A stretch of DNA of 64,000 bases, from assembly GCA_012729595.1 (NCBI GenBank), contig JAAYCU010000283.1:4-64003 (forward strand), given 5' to 3'. Positions 9,813 to 18,388 of this stretch are shown piece after piece. The position numbers and the translations under genes are program-made. The DNA is from Phycisphaerales bacterium (lineage in GTDB: Bacteria; Planctomycetota; Phycisphaerae; UBA1845; PWPN01). The notes beneath the pieces were generated by a model that worked only from the letters and a program-made list of their open reading frames with translations, made no database searches and had not been told where the DNA came from. Numbering within the stretch: the first letter of the stretch is position 1; every line of letters begins with the position of its first letter.

Positions 9813-11591
9813 TTATTGTTCTTTCGCGGATGGGTTTTGCTGTTCGATACGTTCCTTGGTCTCTTTCAAGGCCCTTTCAAAATCGTCCATGGACATCCAC
9901 TCCACACGCCCATCCAGGAAAAGAACATTGGTTCCCTCGCCGCTATAATTGTCCGGATTTTCGTAAGCGAGGATATTGTCATAGTGATCGTTCGTCGTTT
10001 GCCCCTCGATATAAAGATATGAACTCCCCTCTGCGTCTCCATCCATGGGCGAAATAAGCGTTTGAGGGCTTATCGATCCGTATTCGACCAAGGTTTGCAG
10101 GTCGGGTGGGAATTGAGCGTTGTGTTCATTCGCGTAGACGTACATGCCACTCGCTATTTTGGAAAGGTAGGTCGCGCTGACCGTCCGTCTTGACAACTCC
10201 CTCGCCCTGGCCAGCGAGGGCAGCAGAATAGCCGACGACATTCCCATACCGAAACCCGCGCTGAACCCTATTGCCATACCCTGGGTATCCAGCGGCGCAA
10301 CCCCATGCGAAACAAACCTTATGCCCTCGTCCTCCATCACCTGCACGGATACCGTACCGAAAAGATGTTTGTCGATCGCCGGCCAGGAAGGAAACATGCT
10401 TACGTCAGCCGGTACGCCCTTGTCCTGTCCCATAGCCATGAGCATCTGGGCCAACGGAAGGGCTATACTGTACGCAAACCGCAAGGTGCCTCGATCATTG
10501 ACGTAACCGACGGATGCGACATCGGACGGCATGAGCTTGCGGCCGCGCTGAAAGTCGGCATTGGCCAGGATCGACTCGTTTTTGTCCATCAGGTGATCGA
10601 GCGTGGAACGGACCATCTGGGGAAACAACGCGGCAATCAGCCGCCCGTCGTGCTGCGTCCACGCGGGTGCGATGGGCAGGGGAATGCCGGTTACGTTGAG
10701 ATACGTGATTTCGCAGCCGCGATATTCGTCCCGAGCCAACTTCAACTGGTCCTCGACATCGTGCTCTTCCGCAAGATAGGCGACCATCTTCTCCAGCGTC
10801 TCGTTCAGCCGGTTATCTTTCTTCATGTCCGCGACAATCACGATACCCGTAACCCAGATACCCCCCTGCTCCGGCGCATCAAAAATCGCTATTTTATCGC
10901 CGAACCCACCCAGCAAATCATCGAGTACGCGGAGGCCGGTCTCCTGCTCTAACTCGTCCAGCGTCCGCTTTATCGGCTCAGAGACTTCCGGGGCCAGGGT
11001 ATCCAGTAAACCCATCGCCTGCTTGTACTCGGCCACCAGATCCTGGACGGCCACCGTAGCCCAGCGTACCTCCCGGGGAACCACGGCCAGATCGGCATCG
11101 GTCACCGTCGCTTTATGGATTTTCACGTCGGGTATCGCGTTCAACCCTGGGATATGCACGAAAGTCTGGGTCTTGTAGCCCTGGTCCCGTGCGGCGACGG
11201 AGACGGCCAGCGATTGCAGCGAGCCGAATCCGATACTGTCCAGCATTTTCTGCACGCCGCCGGGCTCGCCGAGAATGGGCAATTCCATACCCGCGAACAT
11301 CGGTTGAAAGAGATTCAGCGTGGATACCACGCCAGCCAGGTCCAGATACGCTATCGGTACCGATTCGTTACCGTCAACAAACTTCATGGCCGTGACGAAC
11401 CGTTCGCTCTCGGCCAAGCTCCTCGATTCCGCTCCCGCCAAAAGATGCCCGGTCACCTTGAGCCCGAGGGTCACCACCAGTTTGTCCCGGTATACACCAT
11501 AGCGCAGGGGTATCGCCGGCAGGATCGGAAGTTGCCGGAAGGTCGCGTCACCAAGGGGCAAATCATTGGCCTGGCCAAAGGGCAATTCCAC
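9813..11591 (-). CDS. Hypothetical protein with a C-terminal pseudopilin-like (DUF1559/GspG-like) module
   Basis: 592-aa ORF that begins (GTG) one codon after an in-frame TAG ending the upstream ORF. The C-terminal ~150 aa read AILLPSLARARELSRR...YANEHNAQFPPDL...NVLFLDGRVEWM. This resembles the helix and the H-x9-DG end of planctomycete pseudopilin-like proteins. Confidence 0.6.
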   Translation of the reverse strand: MELPFGQANDLPLGDATFRQLPILPAIPLRYGVYRDKLVVTLGLKVTGHLLAGAESRSLAESERFVTAMKFVDGNESVPIAYLDLAGVVSTLNLFQPMFAGMELPILGEPGGVQKMLDSIGFGSLQSLAVSVAARDQGYKTQTFVHIPGLNAIPDVKIHKATVTDADLAVVPREVRWATVAVQDLVAEYKQAMGLLDTLAPEVSEPIKRTLDELEQETGLRVLDDLLGGFGDKIAIFDAPEQGGIWVTGIVIVADMKKDNRLNETLEKMVAYLAEEHDVEDQLKLARDEYRGCEITYLNVTGIPLPIAPAWTQHDGRLIAALFPQMVRSTLDHLMDKNESILANADFQRGRKLMPSDVASVGYVNDRGTLRFAYSIALPLAQMLMAMGQDKGVPADVSMFPSWPAIDKHLFGTVSVQVMEDEGIRFVSHGVAPLDTQGMAIGFSAGFGMGMSSAILLPSLARARELSRRTVSATYLSKIASGMYVYANEHNAQFPPDLQTLVEYGSISPQTLISPMDGDAEGSSYLYIEGQTTNDHYDNILAYENPDNYSGEGTNVLFLDGRVEWMSMDDFERALKETKERIEQQNPSAKEQ

Positions 11592-11594
11592 ATC

Positions 11595-12083
11595 CTAGAG
11601 CATCTCGTCCAACTGTTTGGCCAGCTCCGCCGCTCGCGGGCCGGCGTCGACGATTATGGCCGCATCGACCATCGGCCCGAACAGGCCCATATCCACGCCG
11701 ACCAACGCTACGGCCGCCGGTCGCTGCCAGCAAAGATCGGCCGCATGCAACGCGAACTCGAACGCCGTAATCGCCTGCGAATTGTCCTCGATCTGCTCAA
11801 CAATTAATTTGCGAATTGCCGGCCAGACTTCCTCGCGCCATTTTTGCCGGGACCGAACGATCTCCGGCTCGGCCAATATCTTGCCGAAAGCCGTCGCCCG
11901 ATTCGCCTCGGCCAGAGTTTCAGCCCCCGGCCAGCCGATGTACAACAGCGTGTCCGCGGGCAACATCTCTGTCGGCGTGTTTCGCGATACCGGCTGGACC
12001 ACAGGCGCGGACTGGCCCCATGCCGGTAGCGTCAACCAGAGCAAACCTACGCCGGCCATGACCCAAATGCCCCGCTTCCATAG
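11595..12083 (-). CDS. Hypothetical secreted protein, possibly the N-terminal part of the 9813..11591 product
   Basis: The ATG at 12083 is preceded by GGGAGGAG. Signal peptide MLWKRGIWVMAGVGLLWLTLPAWGQ. Ends at TAG 11595-11597, in the same frame as the next ORF. Confidence 0.5.
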   Translation of the reverse strand, partial: LWKRGIWVMAGVGLLWLTLPAWGQSAPVVQPVSRNTPTEMLPADTLLYIGWPGAETLAEANRATAFGKILAEPEIVRSRQKWREEVWPAIRKLIVEQIEDNSQAITAFEFALHAADLCWQRPAAVALVGVDMGLFGPMVDAAIIVDAGPRAAELAKQLDEML

Positions 12084-12471
12084 CATGATGACTCCTCCCG
12101 TAAACATGGTTCCGTTGTCCCGTCGCGGATGGTTCACGTCCGAGGTTACACACCCGGAGCGGCCATCAGGATATCGAATGATCCCGTCATGCAACGCCGA
12201 TCCTGCCTGGAGGCCAGCCGTATCTCTTTATATAGCCGTCCTTTAAGATGGCTTTACGGCCAATGGCTTCGTTTGGCGCTTTTTAAATTTCTCATGTGTA
12301 CGACCCGTTGGCATGGCCAGCCGTCAAGCCCTTAAAACAGTAACACGATCGGTGGTCCGCCAGCGAATGTCTGTTCGGAACAGGTGAATTCTTTCATAAA
12401 CGGGCGAGCCTTGACCCCTGCCCCGGTCCGCAAGGACACCGAAGGCCGGATACGCCGTTGCGAACGTGGTC

Positions 12472-13485
12472 TTATTTCAAGGCCGACAGAATCGCCGATA
12501 CGATTTGCGATTCAGCTAGTTCCAAGGGAGCTTCGAAATGCACTCCCGCGGCCCGGCGATGGCCGCCACCGCCGAACGAGCGGGCGATAGCGGCCACATC
12601 AATATCGCAACCGGCCACTTCCGGCGAGCGGCTTCTCAGATTAACTCGAATCTTGCCTTGGCCGTAATCGGTCAACAGCACGCTGACCACCATGCCGGCG
12701 ACGCTCATCGGTTCGTTGACCAGGTCTTCCGCGTCGGCCTGCTTTGCGCCAGCCTGCTCGAACATGTCTTGCGTTAGCCGCATGACCGCCAGACGCCCTT
12801 CGGCCTCGAAACGCAGGGTATTCAGCATCGCGGCTTTTAGAAGCAGTCTGGCTGGGGCCGAGGTTTCGTATATTTGCGCGTAAATCGAATCCGCTCGGGC
12901 TCCGGTTTCCAGTAAAGCCGCCGCCGCGCGCAAGGTCCGTTCGTCGGTGTTCGAGAAACGGAACCAGCCGGTATCCGTGGCCAAGCCGACGAACAAGGCT
13001 TGCGCGATTTGTTCGTCCAGCGGCCAGCCTGTCGCCTCGAACCACTCATAAATCATCCCGCAGGTCGATGCCGACGAGGCGTCGGCGATATGGAGATCCC
13101 GATCCGGTTTGGCCAGGGCGTCACTGGTCGTGTGATGATCGACGATGATACGTGGAAGCGGGCTGGCCTTAAGGAAATCCACGGCGGGTTTGATCTGGTT
13201 CCACGCACAGGTGTCAAGGATCACGATGCCGTCGTAAACCCCCTTCGGCCCCGTATCCTCGTCGCTCGACCATCTTATAAAACCGTCAGGCTTGATGATT
13301 TGATATCGCTGCGGGTATTCATCGAAGAGAAAAGCGTCCGCCCGGCGACCTTGTAGTTCAATTACGCGCCTGAGTGCCCCCATCGAGCCCAGGGAGTCTC
13401 CGTCCGGTCGCTCGTGCGACACAAGCATGGTCCGCTGCCATCCGCTCAACCGTTTCGCTGCTTGTTGCCAAATCTGCTTGTCCAT
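12472..13485 (-). CDS. nrnA: DHH/DHHA1 phosphoesterase (NrnA-type oligoribonuclease / pAp phosphatase)
   Basis: SHERPDGDSLGS, IVDHHTTS (DHH) and GGGHRRAAG (DHHA1). Length 337 aa. Confidence 0.85.
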   Translation of the reverse strand: MDKQIWQQAAKRLSGWQRTMLVSHERPDGDSLGSMGALRRVIELQGRRADAFLFDEYPQRYQIIKPDGFIRWSSDEDTGPKGVYDGIVILDTCAWNQIKPAVDFLKASPLPRIIVDHHTTSDALAKPDRDLHIADASSASTCGMIYEWFEATGWPLDEQIAQALFVGLATDTGWFRFSNTDERTLRAAAALLETGARADSIYAQIYETSAPARLLLKAAMLNTLRFEAEGRLAVMRLTQDMFEQAGAKQADAEDLVNEPMSVAGMVVSVLLTDYGQGKIRVNLRSRSPEVAGCDIDVAAIARSFGGGGHRRAAGVHFEAPLELAESQIVSAILSALK

Positions 13486-13803
13486 CGGCCGCCCATCATA
13501 CTATGGCGCCGAAGCGTTTGGAAATCGCAGGGGGGCGTGCGTGGAGCCCTGGAGACGTTAACAGGTATGACGTGGGTATAGTTTGGGTAGCTTGTTGGGG
13601 GGCAGCCGCAACAGGAATTCGTTGGCTAACCGGATTAAGAATGCCATCGGGTAATTGGGCTACGGCCGATAATCATCGTACGGAACGCTGTTTAACTCGC
13701 CGGACGTTCTTGTGAGGCGATGTTGTCTCTCAGTGGGCTATTAATAAAGTTAAGTTGATTCTGATCCCATGCCCCCGGGTAATCGATGTTTTTCGAATAT
13801 TTC

Positions 13804-13833
13804 TTGTAAAAACGTCGAAGAGCCGGTTATAAT
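13804..13833 (+). promoter_or_regulatory. Candidate sigma70-type promoter for the FGE-fold/PEP-CTERM gene
   Basis: TTGTAA (13804-13809), an 18-nt spacer, then TATAAT (13828-13833), in an AT-rich stretch ~65-90 nt upstream of the CDS. Confidence 0.35.
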
Positions 13834-13895
13834 CATGATACAGTTCCCGGATTTAGGGTATAGCGCAGGGTGATTCCTGCGTGGATATCCGTTAG

Positions 13896-14915
13896 TTGCA
13901 ACTCGCTAAAGGAGAAGGAATATTGTCTCGGACAAATATCGCCATTATTGCCGCTGGTTTCTTGATGGTTTGGGGTACGGGTTTGCGAGCGATCAGTATC
14001 GAAACCGTCCCGGTAGACAATCCTGGGAATGCCGGTCAGCTCTCTGGAACAGGGGCGGGCGGATATGGTCAGAACCGTGTCTGTGGGGCGGTGGATTACG
14101 CCTACAATATCGGTAAGTATGCCGTGACGGCAGGGCAGTACACCGCGTTTCTGAACGCCGTAGCGGCGACGGACACCTATGGTCTTTACAATGCATCAAT
14201 GTGGACGAATGTTTACGGTTGTAAGATCGAACGTTATGCGGGAAGTGGCACGCCTGTGGATCCCTACCAATATCGGGTAGCGAGCGAATATGCAAATCGC
14301 CCGGTGAATTATGTTTCATGGGGGGACGCGGCCCGGTTCGTGAACTGGTTGCACAACGGCCAGCCAACAGGGAATCAGGTGCCGGGCACCACGGAAACCG
14401 GGGCGTACACCCTCAACGGGGCGTTGACCAACGCGGAGCTTCTGGCGGTCAGCCGCAATGCGAATTGGAAGTGGGCCATAACCAGCGAGGACGAATGGTA
14501 CAAAGCGGCTTACTACAACCCATCCACGGACAGCTACTATAAATACCCGACGAGCAGTAATGTCATTGATACGTCAATGGCCAATTATGATTGGTCCGTC
14601 GGTCATACAACCGATGTTGGGGCATACCCTTACTCCAGCCCCTCCGGCACGTTTGATCAAGGGGGTAACGTGTGGGAGTGGAACGAATCCGTGGAGGTAT
14701 TACACGATAATGTCTATCGTGGAATTCGCGGCGGCTCGTTCTTCAACGATGACAGCTTGGCAATCGGGTTGCAGGCCTCGACTCGCGAAATGAACTATCC
14801 GGCCAATGAGGGCGCTCATCTCGGCTTTCGTGTTTCCCAGGTGCCCGAGCCTGGATCCGCTCTGTTACTGCTGATCGGTTGCACAGGCATGGTTTTACGA
14901 AGTCGCAGGGCTTGA
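13896..14915 (+). CDS. FGE-sulfatase-fold (SUMF1/EgtB/PvdO family) domain protein with a PEP-CTERM sorting signal
   Basis: RPVNYVSWGDAARFVNWLHNG and RGIRGGSFFND are typical of the FGE fold. The C-terminus VPEPGSALLLLIGCTGMVLRSRRA is a PEP motif, a TM segment and a basic tail. The true start may be the TTG at 13923, after AAGGAGAAGG. Confidence 0.8.
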   Translation: MQLAKGEGILSRTNIAIIAAGFLMVWGTGLRAISIETVPVDNPGNAGQLSGTGAGGYGQNRVCGAVDYAYNIGKYAVTAGQYTAFLNAVAATDTYGLYNASMWTNVYGCKIERYAGSGTPVDPYQYRVASEYANRPVNYVSWGDAARFVNWLHNGQPTGNQVPGTTETGAYTLNGALTNAELLAVSRNANWKWAITSEDEWYKAAYYNPSTDSYYKYPTSSNVIDTSMANYDWSVGHTTDVGAYPYSSPSGTFDQGGNVWEWNESVEVLHDNVYRGIRGGSFFNDDSLAIGLQASTREMNYPANEGAHLGFRVSQVPEPGSALLLLIGCTGMVLRSRRA

Positions 14916-15074
14916 TCGCGCTGGCCGGGGGCTGCGCCGAAACAGGCCCGGCTCAGTACTTTTGCTTGTGCTGGGTAGTGCCGGAGCGGTCATGATAATG
15001 CGCCGACGTTAACGCCCGCCGTTTACGAGCAGGGGACTGTCTCTTGTGTTGGTTCGAGAGGGGGGAGAAACGGA

Positions 15075-15575
15075 TCAGTGCAGGCCGCCGCCCATGGCCC
15101 GGATTCGCTCCTGCACGGAGCCGATGTGGTTGATCCGCAAACCGAAGTTTTCGCCCACCTTCACCGCCTGCCCATTGCCAATGCATTTATTATTGATCAT
15201 CAAGTCCAATTCGCTGTCCGAGGGTTTATCGAATTCGATGATCGCCCCGGTACACAAATTCACCACGTCCAGTAAAGGCATAACTCTTTCGGCGAGTCGG
15301 ACGATCACCGGAACCTCAAGATTCAGAATACGTTCGACATTGGATTTCCGGGAGTCCTTCGGGACGGGAGAGCGGGGGGGGCGGGGTGCGGTGACGGCCG
15401 GCTGATTCGCGACCACCGCCGGTGGCGGCACGGCCGGCTCGGTATCCAGTGTATCCGGTCCGGTGATGTCGGCTACCGCTTGGTCAGCCAAGGCACTGAC
15501 TTCGGCCAACAAAGCGTCGATATCTTCCTGGCTTTCGGGCATATACGGAACCGCCTGAAATCGAAGCCGAGACAC
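15075..15575 (-). CDS. fliN: Flagellar motor switch protein FliN/FliY-type (SpoA domain) with an N-terminal EIDALL-type peptide
   Basis: C-terminal LNLEVPVIVRLAERVMPLLDVVNLCTGAIIEFDKPSDSELDLMINNKCIGNGQAVKVGENFGLRI is a SpoA/FliN domain. The N-terminus reads SQEDIDALLAEV. The start is either the GTG at 15575 or the ATG at 15542. Confidence 0.8.
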   Translation of the reverse strand: MSRLRFQAVPYMPESQEDIDALLAEVSALADQAVADITGPDTLDTEPAVPPPAVVANQPAVTAPRPPRSPVPKDSRKSNVERILNLEVPVIVRLAERVMPLLDVVNLCTGAIIEFDKPSDSELDLMINNKCIGNGQAVKVGENFGLRINHIGSVQERIRAMGGGLH

Positions 15576-15777
15576 GTGGTCGGCCCGGCATCACCTGCTC
15601 GCATGCGCTCTCCTTGGTTATCGGCCGATTCGTGGATCGACTTGACGGCAACCAGGCTCATTCCCCAGAGTCATGGATATCCGGTGTGTGGTGCAATCTA
15701 TGCGAATCTTCGTCGGTAAAACCCACTCGGAGGGGAGATATCAACACTGATAAGCGCAAATCGCTTGTATCCCGGGG

Positions 15778-17019
15778 TCAGACCATCTCGCCGATCAGGA
15801 TGCAGGCGTTATGCCCGCCGAACCCGAAAGAGTTGCTGATTACGCGCCGGATACGTTGGTCGCGGGCTTGGTTAGGAACGTAATCGAGGTCACATTCGGG
15901 ATCCGGTTCGTTGAGATTGATGGTCGGGGGCAGCAAGCTATTTCGTATAGCGAGTACGCTGGCCACCAATTCCACCCCTCCGCTGGCCCCGAGGAGATGT
16001 CCAGTGGCCGATTTTGTGCTGCTGACCGGGATTTTATAGGCATGCGGTCCGAAGACGGACTTGATCGCTCGGGTTTCGGCGATATCGCCGAGCACCGTTG
16101 AGGTTCCGTGAGCGTTGATATAGTCCAGATCTGACGGACTGAGTTTCGCGTCAGCGATACAGCGGCGCATGGCCTCGGCGGCCGAAACGCCTTGTTCATC
16201 GGGCTGGGTAATATGCCCGCCGTCGGAGGTCATTCCATAGCCGAACACCTCCGCGTAAATCCGCGCGTTGCGTTTGCGGGCATGCTCCAATTCCTCGAAC
16301 ACCAGTATGCCCGCGCCCTCGGAAATAACGAACCCGTCCCGAGTCTTGTCGAACGGGCGCGAGGCATGCGTAGGGTCATCGTTTCGCGTACTCAAGGCGT
16401 GCATTGCATTGAACGCGCCCACTCCTAAGGTGGTTACCGCAGCCTCGCTACCCCCGGTGATCATCACATCCGTTTCGCCGCGGCGAATCGAGTGCAAGGC
16501 GTCGCCCATGGCATTGGTGGCCGACGCGCAGGCCGTGACTACCGCCGTACAAGGCCCGCAGGTGCCGAACTGGATCGAGATAACCGCACTGGCCGCATTG
16601 ACCATGAGCTTTGGAATGGTGAAGGCCGACACCTTGGAAGGCCCTTTTTCCAGCAGACGGAGATGCTGCTGTTCGAGCTCGTCAATGCCCCCGATGCCTG
16701 AACCGACAATGACCCCCATCCGATAGGGATCCATTTTCGTGCAGTCCAGACCGCTGTCGGCTACCGCCTCTATGCCCGCGCCCAAGGCTAACTGGCTGAA
16801 ACGATCCATACGCTTGATCAGCTTACGGTCAATCCAGCGTTCCGGCTCAAAATCGCGGCATTCGCCCGCGATACGGGTATCAAAGGTCGTGCAATCGAAC
16901 AATTTAAGAGGCCCGATCCCGCTTCGTCCGGAAATCAAACCGTCCCAAAGTTGATCCACCGAACAACCCAAGGGAGTTACAACTCCCATTCCGGTAATGA
17001 CTACACGCCTACTCGCCAT
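15778..17019 (-). CDS. fabF: 3-oxoacyl-ACP synthase II
   Basis: 413 aa. RRVVITGMGVVTPLG, the active-site context ACASATNA, and a C-terminal SNSFGFGGHNA. Confidence 0.95.
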   Translation of the reverse strand: MASRRVVITGMGVVTPLGCSVDQLWDGLISGRSGIGPLKLFDCTTFDTRIAGECRDFEPERWIDRKLIKRMDRFSQLALGAGIEAVADSGLDCTKMDPYRMGVIVGSGIGGIDELEQQHLRLLEKGPSKVSAFTIPKLMVNAASAVISIQFGTCGPCTAVVTACASATNAMGDALHSIRRGETDVMITGGSEAAVTTLGVGAFNAMHALSTRNDDPTHASRPFDKTRDGFVISEGAGILVFEELEHARKRNARIYAEVFGYGMTSDGGHITQPDEQGVSAAEAMRRCIADAKLSPSDLDYINAHGTSTVLGDIAETRAIKSVFGPHAYKIPVSSTKSATGHLLGASGGVELVASVLAIRNSLLPPTINLNEPDPECDLDYVPNQARDQRIRRVISNSFGFGGHNACILIGEMV

Positions 17020-17182
17020 GACTATCCTTGTGCTCCATTGGTCAATGAGGGTTCACTGTCGTCCGGGCCATGCGCTCATTCGGAGCCAACCTCCCGTGGA
17101 GAATGCGGCGCGCAGAGCCCACTCTCCGCAAAGCGCATGCACCTTCGGGGCCCGGAGGGGCACGCACCGGGGATATCCCGGA

Positions 17183-17431
17183 TCAGGCCTTGCCTTGCTG
17201 GGCGGAGATGTAATCGATGATCTGGCCGACAGTCTTGATCTTTTCCGCCTCTTCGTCCGGGATGCTCATTTCGAAGTTATCCTCGAACTCCATCACCAGC
17301 TCAACGATGTCCAGCGAATCGGCGTTCAGATCGTTGATGAACGAAGTTTCGCGGTTGATCTCCGCCTTGTTGACCGCCATCTGTTCGCTGACGATCGAAA
17401 ACACCTTATCTTCAATTTCTTCTATGGTCAC
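17183..17431 (-). CDS. acpP: Acyl carrier protein
   Basis: 82 aa. [16 protein letters not shown] contains the DSLD phosphopantetheine site. Confidence 0.95.
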   Translation of the reverse strand: MTIEEIEDKVFSIVSEQMAVNKAEINRETSFINDLNADSLDIVELVMEFEDNFEMSIPDEEAEKIKTVGQIIDYISAQQGKA

Positions 17432-17560
17432 TCGCTATCCTCCTTGCATGAAACGATCCCACCGTTTCGTGATTACTGACGTTTGCATCATTCACGATAA
17501 CGCCCGGTGTCGCCTACCGGGCCACACGGCCCGGCTCAACTATTCCGGGGTGCTAAACCA

Positions 17561-18307
17561 CTACATATTCAATCCGCCGTCCACAGGCAAGACCTGCCCG
17601 GTAATATACCCGGCCTCCGGCGAGGCCAGAAAGGCCACGGCGGCGGCCACGTCGTCCGGCTCCCCGAACTTCTGGCAGGGGATAATCTGTTTCACTCCCT
17701 GCTTGACCTTGTCCGGCAGGACGTCGGTCATCTCCGTGGCGATGAAACCGGGAGCGATCGCGTTACAGGTGATATTTCGCCGCCCGAGCTCCTTGGCCAC
17801 CGTCTTGCTGAAACCGATCACCCCGGCCTTGCTGGCCGCGTAGTTCGCCTGCCCCGCGTTACCCATCATCCCCGAGACGCTGGCCATGTTCACGATCCGC
17901 CCGTACCGGGCCCGGACCATGTAGCGACTGACCGCCCGGGTCAGCAGGAAAATCGAACGCAGGTTGACGTTCATCACCATGTCCCACTGCTCGTCATCCA
18001 TGTTCATAAACAACCCGTCGCGGGTGATGCCGGCATTGTTTACCAGGATGTCGATCTTGCCGAATTCCTCGACGACTTGTTCCACCAGCGCGTCGACCGC
18101 TTCCCGATCGGTTACGTTCAACATGCGGGCCACGATTTTGCCCGGCAGACCTTGTTGTTGGGCATCCTGGACGAGCTTATCGAGCCCTTCCGTATTCAAG
18201 TCCACCGCAACAACGGTGGCCGACCGGCCGGCCAGTTTCAAGCAGATCGACCGGCCGATGCCCCGGGCTCCCCCCGTCACGATGGCAATTTGATTGGCCA
18301 ATGGCAT
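17561..18307 (-). CDS. fabG: 3-oxoacyl-ACP reductase
   Basis: SDR motifs TGGARGIG, NNAG and YAASKAG. The ATG at 18307 is preceded by GGAGAA, so the ORF-track start at 18334 is probably too far upstream. Confidence 0.93.
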   Translation of the reverse strand: MPLANQIAIVTGGARGIGRSICLKLAGRSATVVAVDLNTEGLDKLVQDAQQQGLPGKIVARMLNVTDREAVDALVEQVVEEFGKIDILVNNAGITRDGLFMNMDDEQWDMVMNVNLRSIFLLTRAVSRYMVRARYGRIVNMASVSGMMGNAGQANYAASKAGVIGFSKTVAKELGRRNITCNAIAPGFIATEMTDVLPDKVKQGVKQIIPCQKFGEPDDVAAAVAFLASPEAGYITGQVLPVDGGLNM

Positions 18308-18388
18308 AGGCTGTTTCTCCCTATTTCTATCCAAGATTATCCGTTTGATCCCTGAACCGCCGGTCAGCGGTCGATCTTCTTGTCCATT

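Noticed and set aside
14924-14970. Possible terminator after the PEP-CTERM gene (GCCGGG...CCCGGC)
   Set aside because: The stem is only 6 bp with a 17-nt loop, and the T-run is interrupted and displaced by 8 nt. This is too weak to call.
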